DNA of 64,000 nucleotides from an uncultured Gemmatimonadales bacterium (GTDB taxonomy: Bacteria > Gemmatimonadota > Gemmatimonadetes > Longimicrobiales > RSA9), in contig CAWCRS010000005.1 in the NCBI GenBank assembly GCA_963798085.1, positions 256,001 through 320,000 of the forward strand, given 5' to 3'. Below the pieces are notes generated by a model. That model saw only the letters and a program-made list of their open reading frames with translations. It did no database searches and had not been told where the DNA came from. The position numbers and the translations under genes are program-made. Shown piece after piece: positions 9,788 through 19,363 of this stretch. Positions within the stretch are counted from its first letter, which is position 1, and every line of letters starts with the position of its first letter.

Positions 9788-11503
9788 TCATCGGGCCGTG
9801 TCAGGTCTGGCCGAATACGCGTACAACCCGAAGTATGCGCCCACGAAACCACCCGCGCGACGCGTGCTGAGGATCGTGCCATCCGCATCCTGCTGCAGCA
9901 TCTTCCAGTCGTCGGGATGGAGTGCGTACAGGAAGTCGTACCTGCTGCCGCGCGCGTCGATGCGCAGCCAGATCTCGCCGGTGGCGGGCAGGTCGATGGG
10001 GGTGGACGCGATGACGCCGTCGTCGGCTCCGCCGCCCGCCCGTTTCTGCAGCTGCAGTTCGGTGCGATCACCCGTGCGGGTGACGCCTAACACGTAGTTG
10101 AAGCGATCGTTCTGGAAGGCGACGAGGCCGGCCCGGTCTCCCTCCTGTTCCGGGCGGTAGCGCATGGCCACACGCACCGAGGCAAAGGCGTGCTCCTGCC
10201 GCCGGCCCAGGTACGACGGCTGGCCTCGCCCGCCTATGGAATCCGGGCGGGCGCGCAGCGTGAGCGTGCCATGGCTCAGCGCGTACCAGCGGCTGTGCGG
10301 TGTGCGGATGATGCTCCAGTCGCGAGCCAGCGCCGTATCATCGAATTCATCGCGGAAGGCAAAGTTGCCGCTGGTCGGGACCGCGGATGCCGCTGCGCGT
10401 GGCAGAGCCGGCCGTGCGTGTACGTAGGGCACCACGTCATTGCCGGTCAGCATGACCGGCCAGCCGTTCTCCCAGTGCACGGGCAGCAGGAAGGTCTCAC
10501 GGCCCGTGTTGTAGAAGTTGTCCTCGTACGGACGCGCACCCAGGAAGACGGCCCACCAGTCGCCGGCCGGTGTCTGCACGAATTCCGCGTGACCGGTCAA
10601 TGTGATGGGAAACGGCCGCGACGGATCCAGCTGCCGCTGCGTGAGAATCGGATTGTGCTCGAACGGCGTGTAGGGCCCGAGCACCGAGTCGCTGCGGAAC
10701 ACCACCTCGGAATGCTGCTCCGCCGTGCCCCCCTCCGCCGCGTACAGGTAGTAGAGGCCATTCACCCTGACAATGTGCGGTCCTTCGATCCAGATCGGCT
10801 TCTTCGACAGATCGACGCCGCCATTCACGATCAGCGTGCGCGGACCGGTCATCGCACCCGTCTTCACGTCGTACTCCTGCATCCACAGTGCGCGATGGCC
10901 CTGGTAGAGCGGCTTGCCGATGGGCGGACCGTTGTTGACCACCCAGGCGCGGCCATCATCGTCGAAGAAGAGCGAGGGATCAATGCCGTCGACCGAAGGC
11001 AGGTACACCGGGTCGGACCACGGTCCTGCCGGATCCTTCGCGGTGACGATGAAGTTGCCGCCACCGCGGATGAACGTGGTGATCAGGTAGAACGTGCTGT
11101 CGTGCCAGCTCAGCGCCGGCGCAAAGATCCCTTCCGAAATGTTCAGGCTGTCGAAGCTCATCTGCGATGGCCGCTCGATCACGTTGCCGATCTGTGTCCA
11201 GCTCACCAGGTCGCGGCTGTGGAAGATCGGAATGCCCGGCCAGTACGTGAACGACGAGTTGGCGAGGTAGTAATCGGCGCCCACGCGGACAAGGGTCGGA
11301 TCCGGATGGAAACCGGCCAGGATGGGATTCGTGTATTCGCTGTCCGCGGCGCTGTGCGTGTCGTAGACCGGGTCGTGACCCTCGTACGCGAACCAGTCGA
11401 ACTGCGGGTCGGCGCCGACGGGCGCGGCGGCCGGTCCGCGTGAGCAGGAAACTGACAGTGCGCTCAGCAGGAGCGCGGGCACACCGACGGAGTATCGTCG
11501 CAT
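9788..11503 (-). CDS. GH43 beta-xylosidase/arabinofuranosidase with C-terminal beta-sandwich, probable lipoprotein
   Basis: NPILAGFHPDP, SSF.YWPG.PI, GIDPS, WIEGPH, EGGT, GRETFL, GGFVG; lipobox-like SVSC; start at 11503. Confidence 0.92.
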   Translation of the reverse strand: MRRYSVGVPALLLSALSVSCSRGPAAAPVGADPQFDWFAYEGHDPVYDTHSAADSEYTNPILAGFHPDPTLVRVGADYYLANSSFTYWPGIPIFHSRDLVSWTQIGNVIERPSQMSFDSLNISEGIFAPALSWHDSTFYLITTFIRGGGNFIVTAKDPAGPWSDPVYLPSVDGIDPSLFFDDDGRAWVVNNGPPIGKPLYQGHRALWMQEYDVKTGAMTGPRTLIVNGGVDLSKKPIWIEGPHIVRVNGLYYLYAAEGGTAEQHSEVVFRSDSVLGPYTPFEHNPILTQRQLDPSRPFPITLTGHAEFVQTPAGDWWAVFLGARPYEDNFYNTGRETFLLPVHWENGWPVMLTGNDVVPYVHARPALPRAAASAVPTSGNFAFRDEFDDTALARDWSIIRTPHSRWYALSHGTLTLRARPDSIGGRGQPSYLGRRQEHAFASVRVAMRYRPEQEGDRAGLVAFQNDRFNYVLGVTRTGDRTELQLQKRAGGGADDGVIASTPIDLPATGEIWLRIDARGSRYDFLYALHPDDWKMLQQDADGTILSTRRAGGFVGAYFGLYAYSARPDTAR

Positions 11504-11537
11504 ACGACCTGACCTCTGCGGGAAGCGAACGTTTGGG

Positions 11538-14462
11538 TCAGCGCACAGGACCGCGGAAGCTCTCGGGCGGACCGAGATAACTGGAGCGCATGCCGCCCAG
11601 GTCCACCACCAGCTTCTGCAGCACCACACCCGGATCCACGAGCCAGAACTTCAGCACATGCTCACCGGCCGCCGCCAGGTGATGGCGGGACGTCAGAACG
11701 CGGATGTTGTCGGCCACGGCGCGGTTCCACGTGGCCTGGGTCGTGTCCGCGGCAAGGTCGAGCGTCTGCGGCGGCTCGTCGTCGAACGCAACCGCATAGA
11801 GCAATCCGCGCGGCGCGTTGTAATCGAGTGTTGGCGAGACGTACGCGTGCACCTGCACATCGCCCGGCTGGAACACATACACCTGGTATTCGAGCCGGGG
11901 CGAAGCCCCGCCCGGCAGCAGGCGGGGCGCGGTCACCGGATACGCCGTCATGCCGGAAAGCGTACGGCCCAGATCGGGAAGGCGCACCCACTGCATGCCG
12001 GCAGTGGTGACAGCGCGCGTGAAGTGCGCCGCTTCCATCGACACGTAGCCGTTGCCCGCAACGAAACCCTGCACCCTGTCCGGCACGGGCTGCGCAGGGT
12101 TGTCGACGACGAGCAGCACCTGTACGGGGCGCGCGCTCGCACCGGTAATGGTGATCGGCACGCGCTGCTGGCCTGAGGGAACGCGCGCCCAGTCCACGCT
12201 GACACGAATGTTCGCGGTTTCGCTGCTGACGCTGCCCTGCGCCGGAGTGAGCCGAACCCACGGCTGCGCCGCGCGCGCGCGGTACTCGAAAGGCGAGCGG
12301 CCGCGATCGAAGACCTCAATGGTGCGCGTCTGCCGCCCGTAACGGTCGATCGCCGGGAGCACGGCCGCGCTGGTGTCGGCGGGCCACCACGCGTCCGCGC
12401 CCTCGATCGCGACACCCATGTCGGCTGCATCCGGCAGCTCGATCTCCTGCACTTCGGGCATGCTGTTGCGCGGCGGCTCCTGCCAGCTGCGGTAGCCAAT
12501 GTGCGTCTGGTCCATCATGTGCCGCCACTTGCCGCCGGCCAGTGTGTCGTTGTAGAAGGCGGTGATCTCTGCATCGCGTGCGAACAGCGCTTTCGCCTGC
12601 TGCGCGAGCGCGTTCGTGGCGGCGCGACCCTGACGCGCGTAGAGCCGGTTGCGCGCCACTGTCACGTACAGTCGGTTCAGATTGGCCGCGGCCTCGACCG
12701 GATGCAGCACCAGCTCGTAGTATGCGGTCCGCTGCTGTGCGCCCAGCGCGGCGCCCACGCGCCTCGCCTGCGCGACCAGTGTGTCGTATCCCGCCAGCAC
12801 GCGCGCCCCTTCGTCGTAGTGCACCAGGCTGTAGGTCTCCGGCCCCAGCAGTTCCGGCTTGCGCCGCGCCGCATACTGCAGCGTCCTCGTGATGATGCCG
12901 GCGATGTCCTGTGCGTGCCCGCGCCCGAACTGCGCGGCCGCCCAGTGCCGCGTGTACGCAGCCAGCCGGTCGGGCGGCCAGCGGTCCGGGGCCCACGCGT
13001 AGTCGAGGAAGAACGAGATGGGAAATTCCATGGGCTTGAGATCGCCCACATTCACGATCCACAGCTGCCTGACACCGAGTTCGTATCCAATGTGCAGCTG
13101 CTCCTGCACGCGCCCAATGGGGTTGGTGTCGATCCACTTGTAGTTGCGCGGCCCGCCCACGTAATCGAAATGGTAGTAGATGCCGAAGCCGCCCGGCCGC
13201 TGCGGCGCGCCCGTATCGGGAAGCCGGCGCAGGTTGCCCCAGTTGTCATCCGAGAACAGCAGGGTCACGTCCTCCGGCACGCGCATGCCGCGGTCGTAAT
13301 AATCCTGCACTTCCTTGTACAGCGCCCAGACCTGGGGCACGGTCGCCGGATCGCGGCCGGTCACGTCCCGGATGATGGCCCGCTGGTCGGCGACAATGTG
13401 CTCCAGTAACGCGATGTTGGTCGCGTCCGACATGGGCATGTCGCCATCGCCACGCATGCCAATGGTGACCAGACTCTCGTTCGCGTCCATGCGCCGGATA
13501 CCCTCGCGCCAGAACGCACGCAGTGTGCTGTCGTTGGTCTCGTAGTTCCAGGCGCCGGAGCCGTAGCGCCGCCACTCCTGTTGTGCCCGCGACATCGGCT
13601 CGTGGTGCGACGTGCCCATTACCACGCCATACTCGCTGGCCAGCTTCGCGTTCAGCGAATCGTCGTCGTAGAACGCGTTGCCCCACATCGCGGGCCAGAG
13701 GAAATTGCCGCCCAGGCGCAGGATCAGCTCGAAGACGTGCCCGTAGAATTCGTGATTGAAGCCACCGAACTTCTCGCGCGCCCAGCCGGAGAGCGCGGGC
13801 GCTTCATCATTGAGGAAGATGCCCCGGTACTTCACGGCCGGCTCGCCACGCGTATGCACGCCCGGCAGCACGAACAGATCCGCACGCCGCGCCACCGGCA
13901 CATCCGCCCACCAGTACCATGGGGAGACGCCGATCTGCGCGGACAGCGCGTACATGCCGTAGATCGTCCCTCGCCGGTCGCTGCCCGCAATGACCAGCGC
14001 GCGCCGCACGCCGGGCAGCGGAGCATCCAGGATGCGCACGACGAAGCTCTCCCACCTTCCGTCGATGGCGTGCGCGTCGAGCTTCCCGGCCGCCACCAGC
14101 CCGTCAATGAGCGGACTCGCGCCGCGCGTCCCGATCAGCACCACAGCATTCCCGGCGGGCCGGTCGTCCCGGCGCAGTTCCGGCTCGGCGCCGGTGACAC
14201 GCCCGAGATCGGCGCGCAGGTCGCCCGCCGCGCGCAGCACGCCCGCATTGTCGGAAGGGCTCACGTAGAGCGGCACCGGCCGTCCCGCGCGCGCCAGCGG
14301 AAACCGGTTCGCGGCAGGCTCGGCCACCACCCAGGCAACGTCCGCCGGAGCGGCGGGCGCCTGACCCGCAGCCGGGGCCGCCGCCATGCCCAGGGCCGCG
14401 CCAAACAGTACGTTAGCAGGCCAGCGCCGTGCACCATGACGCGGCGCCCGGGTGCCCGTCAT
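11538..14462 (-). CDS. GH115 xylan alpha-1,2-(4-O-methyl)glucuronidase
   Basis: GSDRRGTIYG, GVSPWYWWAD, YRGIFLNDE, WPAMW, MGTSHHEPM, GMRGDGD, DDNWG, YYHFDYVGGPRNYKW, VNVGDLKP, SYLGPPES. Confidence 0.95.
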   Translation of the reverse strand: MTGTRAPRHGARRWPANVLFGAALGMAAAPAAGQAPAAPADVAWVVAEPAANRFPLARAGRPVPLYVSPSDNAGVLRAAGDLRADLGRVTGAEPELRRDDRPAGNAVVLIGTRGASPLIDGLVAAGKLDAHAIDGRWESFVVRILDAPLPGVRRALVIAGSDRRGTIYGMYALSAQIGVSPWYWWADVPVARRADLFVLPGVHTRGEPAVKYRGIFLNDEAPALSGWAREKFGGFNHEFYGHVFELILRLGGNFLWPAMWGNAFYDDDSLNAKLASEYGVVMGTSHHEPMSRAQQEWRRYGSGAWNYETNDSTLRAFWREGIRRMDANESLVTIGMRGDGDMPMSDATNIALLEHIVADQRAIIRDVTGRDPATVPQVWALYKEVQDYYDRGMRVPEDVTLLFSDDNWGNLRRLPDTGAPQRPGGFGIYYHFDYVGGPRNYKWIDTNPIGRVQEQLHIGYELGVRQLWIVNVGDLKPMEFPISFFLDYAWAPDRWPPDRLAAYTRHWAAAQFGRGHAQDIAGIITRTLQYAARRKPELLGPETYSLVHYDEGARVLAGYDTLVAQARRVGAALGAQQRTAYYELVLHPVEAAANLNRLYVTVARNRLYARQGRAATNALAQQAKALFARDAEITAFYNDTLAGGKWRHMMDQTHIGYRSWQEPPRNSMPEVQEIELPDAADMGVAIEGADAWWPADTSAAVLPAIDRYGRQTRTIEVFDRGRSPFEYRARAAQPWVRLTPAQGSVSSETANIRVSVDWARVPSGQQRVPITITGASARPVQVLLVVDNPAQPVPDRVQGFVAGNGYVSMEAAHFTRAVTTAGMQWVRLPDLGRTLSGMTAYPVTAPRLLPGGASPRLEYQVYVFQPGDVQVHAYVSPTLDYNAPRGLLYAVAFDDEPPQTLDLAADTTQATWNRAVADNIRVLTSRHHLAAAGEHVLKFWLVDPGVVLQKLVVDLGGMRSSYLGPPESFRGPVR

Positions 14463-14846
14463 TTCGGATGGGATGAAACGAAGAGGACTCCCTGGCCGTG
14501 GTCCAGGCCCCAGCGCCGGGTCGCATCAATGCCGTTGAACCCCTGCATGCAGGCGATCATGTCCGAAGTGATCGAACACAGCGTTTCCACGCCGCCCGGC
14601 TTCGTGGTGTCCAGGCAGACCACCACATGGGTGGGCGAGTGGAAGTTGTCCGTGCCGGGTTGCTGCGCCAGTTCATGTGCAGCGCTTCCACTGCCTGGCA
14701 GGCATGGATGAAGCGAATGGCGCGGCTGGCCTCGATGGTGATGGTGTCCTGCGCGGCGCCCGGCCCGTGGGATTCCACGAGTGCGCCACACAGGTCGCGG
14801 GCGCGATCGCGAGCCGTACGAGGCCGACAACGCTGCGAGAGGGCAT
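14459..14846 (-). pseudogene. Degenerate small lipoprotein with a TonB-receptor plug-like domain
   Basis: Spread over three frames: MPSRSVVGLVRLAIAPATC / DTITIE...AVEALH.NW / GTDNF.SPT.VVV.LD...GGVETL..I....I......IDATRRWG..HG.GVLFVSS; its stop overlaps the GH115 start. Confidence 0.55.
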
Positions 14847-14881
14847 TGGGGCGCCGGGGTGGGGGGGCCTGGGTGACCAAA

Positions 14882-14892
14882 TCATACGATGT
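14882..14892. promoter_or_regulatory. Candidate second operator resembling the 4130 palindrome
   Basis: TCATACGATGT against TCATAATATGA; lies upstream of the minus-strand lipoprotein-GH115-GH43 unit. Confidence 0.35.
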
Positions 14893-14969
14893 CTTTTCCC
14901 CCGTCGCAAGCGTCGCCGGCTACACCCGCAGGCACGCGCCGCTACACCTTCGCGATCGGCCTGGGCCAA

Positions 14970-16430
14970 TCAGCGGGTCACGTAATCGCTGACGCGGATG
15001 CCGTACTCGTCGGGGTCGGCCGTCTTGAGCACGGACCGGCGAGGCTTGCCGGTGGCGGGGTCCATCTCATCGAGAGACGCGAGCAGCGGCAGCGCCAGTG
15101 TAAGGGCACTCGCGTCGGCCAGGATCTTCACGACCGGCTGGTGCAGCCTGGCGGGGTCGTCATTGCGGCGGATCACAATGGCCAGCTCGTGGGAATCGAG
15201 GATCACGAGCGAGCCCACCGGAAAGATCCCGGTGACATGGATGAGTGCCTTGACCAGCAGCGGGTCGTGGCCACGGGCCGGATTGTTGAGCATCTCCTGC
15301 AGCACTTCATCGGGCGTGGGCGGCTCGGGATCGTAGGCGCGCACGGAGGTGCCGGCATCGAACGCGTCGGCCAGCATGACGATGCGGGAGATGAGGCTCA
15401 TGCGGCGAGGCCGGCGGGAACGCGGATAGCCGGTCAGGTCCATCTTCATGTGGTGCTCGTAGGCCGCGATCATGGTGCGCCACGGTGCGACGCCCAGGCC
15501 GTGCATGCGGTAGACGAGCAGCAGGCCATCCGTGGGGTGCTCGCGAATGGCATCCCACTCGTTGCTGTCCAGCTTCCCCGCCTTGCGCAGCACCTCGCCC
15601 TTAACACGGAGTTTGCCGATGTCATGGAGCACGCCGGCCACGCCCAGCTCGACCAGGCGGGCATGCTCGAAGCCCAGCCGCTGACCCACGACCACGGCGA
15701 AGATGGCGACATTGACGGAGTGCTGGTACGTGTAGTCGTCGTGGTCGCGCAGGGTGGTCATGGCGATGATGGAGTCTTCGTTGGCCACGACCTGGTCCAC
15801 GATGGTTTCGACCGCGCGCCGGATGGGGCGCGCGTCAATGGCGCGGCCGAGGCGGGCATCGGTGAGCACGCCCTGCACGGTGTGGCAGGCCTGTCCGTAG
15901 ACTTCGCGCGCTCCCGCCAGTCGCTCCGCGCGACCCGCCGTATTCTCATCCTCGCGCAGTGCAGCCTGCGCAGTGGGTCGCAGCTCGAAGACCTTGCCGG
16001 GACCGTCTGCCAGACGGTGCGCGAGAGCGGGAAAAGCGTCGTCGCCTGCCGGGGCCGGCTGTTCCAGGGCCTCGAGGAGTGCGATCCACGCGCTGGCAGG
16101 CGCGTTCGCGGCCGCGTCGATCGCGCCGACACCGTGACGGCGCATGCGTTCGCCGAGGAACGACGCGGAGGCGAAATGGCCGAAGGAAAGACGCAGTCGC
16201 GTCTCGCCCAGGAAGAAGAAGCCGTCGACCATCTCAATGCTCAAGCGACCATCGCCAGCCGCAGCGCCCGCGGATGCGTCTTCCAGCTCCGCCAGCGCCC
16301 GGCCCACGGCGGCATTGCCGGACGGATACAGTCGCAGTGCCTGGCCCGAGCCCGCCAGCGCCTGCAGGAGCCGCAGTCCGGCGCGTTCGCGCACGGCGCG
16401 CAGTTCGTTGAGTTGCGTAGCGGCGTTCAT
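14970..16430 (-). CDS. HD-GYP phosphohydrolase (cyclic dinucleotide phosphodiesterase-like) with an uncharacterised N-terminal domain
   Basis: DDYTYQHSVNV, LHDIGK, EHP..G, YEHH..DLTGYP, ADAFDA. Confidence 0.9.
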   Translation of the reverse strand: MNAATQLNELRAVRERAGLRLLQALAGSGQALRLYPSGNAAVGRALAELEDASAGAAAGDGRLSIEMVDGFFFLGETRLRLSFGHFASASFLGERMRRHGVGAIDAAANAPASAWIALLEALEQPAPAGDDAFPALAHRLADGPGKVFELRPTAQAALREDENTAGRAERLAGAREVYGQACHTVQGVLTDARLGRAIDARPIRRAVETIVDQVVANEDSIIAMTTLRDHDDYTYQHSVNVAIFAVVVGQRLGFEHARLVELGVAGVLHDIGKLRVKGEVLRKAGKLDSNEWDAIREHPTDGLLLVYRMHGLGVAPWRTMIAAYEHHMKMDLTGYPRSRRPRRMSLISRIVMLADAFDAGTSVRAYDPEPPTPDEVLQEMLNNPARGHDPLLVKALIHVTGIFPVGSLVILDSHELAIVIRRNDDPARLHQPVVKILADASALTLALPLLASLDEMDPATGKPRRSVLKTADPDEYGIRVSDYVTR

Positions 16431-18157
16431 GCGCGGCGCGCGGTTCGTGGAGCTGGTTGCGTGCGCCGCGCGGCGGTGCGCACGATCGGGTCACTGTCGC
16501 CGGCTGCGGCGGCGAGGGCAGCGCTGACCGCAGGCGATGTTGCGGGCAGCGTGTTGAGCGCGAGGGCTGCGGCGGCACGGACCGAAGCACGCGCCGAGCG
16601 GAAAGGCCAGCGGCGTCGCGCCAGCATGCGGACCAGCCGGCGTACCGCGGCATCGGCATCCATGCGCAGCCACGCTTCCAGCAGAAGTGACTGCTCGGCG
16701 GCGGCGCGGTTGTGCAGTGCGCGGCTGCGTGCGGCTCTGCGCGTCGCTTCGCGCACCGGTGTGGTCCAGCCATGGGCTGCGGCAATGCCGCGCAGCGCTT
16801 CGAGTCGCACGCCCGCGTCATCATCATCCAGACGCAGTGCGAGTGATTCCAGCGCCTTGACACCGCCCAGCGTGGCCAGTGCCTGAGCGGCGGCGCGGCG
16901 CACAGCCGCGGCGTCGCGATCCAGCAGTGCAACCAGGGCGGGCACGCTGCCCGCCAGACGCCGCAGCGCCGCCACGCCCGCCGCGGCGATCACGACTTCG
17001 GACGAAGGGTCGGCCAGCAACCCTGACAGCATGTTATCGTCGGCGCCCACCAGCGCGGCGGCCGCCTGACGCAGCCGTTCCGCCGCATCCGCGGAGCTGG
17101 CACGTCCGGCCGCCGAGAACAGAGCGGCCGCTGCCGCCGGCGGCAGCCTGCGCAGCAACGCCGCGCCCGCCTCGATGTCCGGCCCCTCCGCCCCGGCAAG
17201 ACGATCCAGCAATGGTTCCAGCACCTCGGGTGTCGCCAGTTGTTCTACCAGATGCTCGGCGCGCTCGCGTGCGGCGTCGTCCAGCTGCCCGCCTTCCATG
17301 GCGCCGACAACACCATCCAGCACGCGCGCGCCATCGCCGAGCGCGCCCTGCGCAAGGTCGAGCAGCAGCAGCTCCTCGAGAATCTCGAGCACCTCCTGTT
17401 GCCTTGCCGCATCGCCGTCTTCCAGCCGATCCAGCAGCGCCGCTTCCACCTCGGGACACAGCGTGCGAGTCCATTCCTCGTCCGCCTCACGCTGCAGTGC
17501 GTCCAGCTCGTCCGCATCGAGGAAGTACGTCGTCGCCTCGAAGTCCTGCTTCGAGAGGCTGGTCTGCGACGGCCTGCTCGCGACCGTACCCGCGCCCAGC
17601 TGGGGATCCGCCCATTCCCGCTCGGGCAGATCGATCGGCGGAAAGCCTGCGCCGCCGGCACCACCGGCGCCGCTGCCGTCACCTTCCCCGGTTGCGTTCT
17701 CGAGGGTCTCCGTGTCACCGCCGGGGGCGAGGACGCGCACCCGAATGCGTGTGAACCCGGCGTTCCACAGGCGAGCGACCAGATCGGTTTCCGCGGCACT
17801 CGCCGGCGGCGAAAGCGCACCGACGAGCACTTCGGTTTCGCGCTCGGCGCCACGCTCGAAAACCAGCGCGCGCACGCCGTCGCGATACAGACGGTCACCG
17901 AGCGAGCCGGGCCCTGCATCCTGAGGAAAGCGTTCGAGCCCCGCGAAGAAGACACCGCCGGGCTCGAGGCCGAACTCGATGGCGGGAAGTTGCTCGAGCG
18001 CGGCCGCTATGGCCGACTGCAGCTCCGCCAGCGCGCGCACCACGGGCGTGCGGCCCGGCGGATACATGCGCACGGCGCGCACGGCGCGATCCAGCGCGCG
18101 AACCAGCCGTCCCTCTACCTCTGCACTCAACCTGAAGTCGCCTCGAATGTGGCTCAC
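16427..18157 (-). CDS. HEAT-repeat protein, translationally coupled to the HD-GYP gene
   Basis: C-terminal LL.D....VR.AA..AL repeats; stop overlaps the HD-GYP start. Confidence 0.8.
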   Translation of the reverse strand: MSHIRGDFRLSAEVEGRLVRALDRAVRAVRMYPPGRTPVVRALAELQSAIAAALEQLPAIEFGLEPGGVFFAGLERFPQDAGPGSLGDRLYRDGVRALVFERGAERETEVLVGALSPPASAAETDLVARLWNAGFTRIRVRVLAPGGDTETLENATGEGDGSGAGGAGGAGFPPIDLPEREWADPQLGAGTVASRPSQTSLSKQDFEATTYFLDADELDALQREADEEWTRTLCPEVEAALLDRLEDGDAARQQEVLEILEELLLLDLAQGALGDGARVLDGVVGAMEGGQLDDAARERAEHLVEQLATPEVLEPLLDRLAGAEGPDIEAGAALLRRLPPAAAAALFSAAGRASSADAAERLRQAAAALVGADDNMLSGLLADPSSEVVIAAAGVAALRRLAGSVPALVALLDRDAAAVRRAAAQALATLGGVKALESLALRLDDDDAGVRLEALRGIAAAHGWTTPVREATRRAARSRALHNRAAAEQSLLLEAWLRMDADAAVRRLVRMLARRRWPFRSARASVRAAAALALNTLPATSPAVSAALAAAAGDSDPIVRTAARRTQPAPRTARRA

Positions 18158-18279
18158 GAAAGCCGATGACGCCGTCCCCCGATGCGACGACGGATCGCTT
18201 CGGTTTCGCGACTATCAGCTTCGGCCGCGCTCACACCGGCATGTGTAGGGCAATGCGGAGCCGGCGGCGGGGGATCGCC

Positions 18280-19312
18280 TTACGGACCGGCGGCGGGAGA
18301 ATCGGAAACGCCCTGGAATGGATCGGGCATGGCGGGATCCACACCCAGCACACGGGCCATGGCTTCGACACTGCGGTCCGTCAGGAACTCGACCCACAGC
18401 GGGAAGTGGTCGCTCACGCGAAAGGACATCTCCTGCGGCGTCAGCTCCGGGAACACCGCATGCACGAAATCGACGACGCCCGCACGGCCCTGTGTGAGCA
18501 GCTTGAAGTCATCGCGGAACCACGCGATCTGGTCGTAGTACTTCGCCGTGGTGCCGTACGTGCTCTTCTGCGTGCGGATCGCTTCCGGCACCCACAGGCC
18601 GGTCTCGACGAACGCGTCGAACAGCGGGTTACCGGTGCGCTCGTCGATGTTGAAGTCGCCCAGCACAATGAGGTTCACCTCTTCCGAACCGGCGGTGCGC
18701 GAACGGTCACGGACCTCCGCTGCCGTGAAGCGCGCGAGCGCGCGCAGTTCGGGAATGCGCTCCGCGGGCACTCCGCCGTAGTGGATGTGTGCGGTGAGCA
18801 GGGCGAAGCGCTCCTCGGCCGCACGGAAGCCCACCATGTAGGGCGTGCGGTCGAACTGCGTCATGGGATCGCCGCTGGGACCGGGCGGCAGCACGATCTC
18901 ACCGGCCAGTCCCGAGAGCTGCACGCGGCGCCGGTCATAGATGAACGCCAGCCGCTCCGCATTGCCCGCGGTGCCGGCCGTCACATTGCTCGATCAGCAC
19001 GCCCCAGTGTGCACCCAGAAAGTCATCCAGCAGCATGCGGATCGCGCGCGTATTGCGCTTCACTTCCTGGATGGCCACCACATTGAAGCGCTGCACGATC
19101 TCCGCGATGGCGGCCATGGCGCGCAGGTTGCGCTTGGGTGAGCCCGCATTCTCGTCCCACGATTCGAACACGTCTGCGAAGGCACGCAGATTCCACGTGG
19201 CTACCAGAATGTTCCAGTCCGTACGCCGGGGCGGGATCACGCCGCTGTCCAGACGCCGGCGCAGACGCACCACATCCTCGACTGCCTTCCGTGAATACTC
19301 CGCGTAATTCAT
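18280..19312 (-). CDS. Endonuclease/exonuclease/phosphatase (DNase I-like) protein; one frameshift near 18991
   Basis: ATWN, AIQEV, GN.ERLAF.YD, GDFN, YYDQI and SDHFP motifs; ORFs 18935..19312 and 18280..18984 join by removing one base. Confidence 0.85.
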
Positions 19313-19363
19313 CGCGCCACCCGTGTTATCCGAACTGCTCGCAGCCGGCGCGTCCGCACCGGC

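Noticed and set aside
18280..19312. EEP nuclease plus HEAT protein as an anti-phage defence system
   Set aside because: No ATPase, methylase or mobility genes are nearby and GC is not anomalous. The HEAT gene is coupled to the HD-GYP gene, not to the nuclease.
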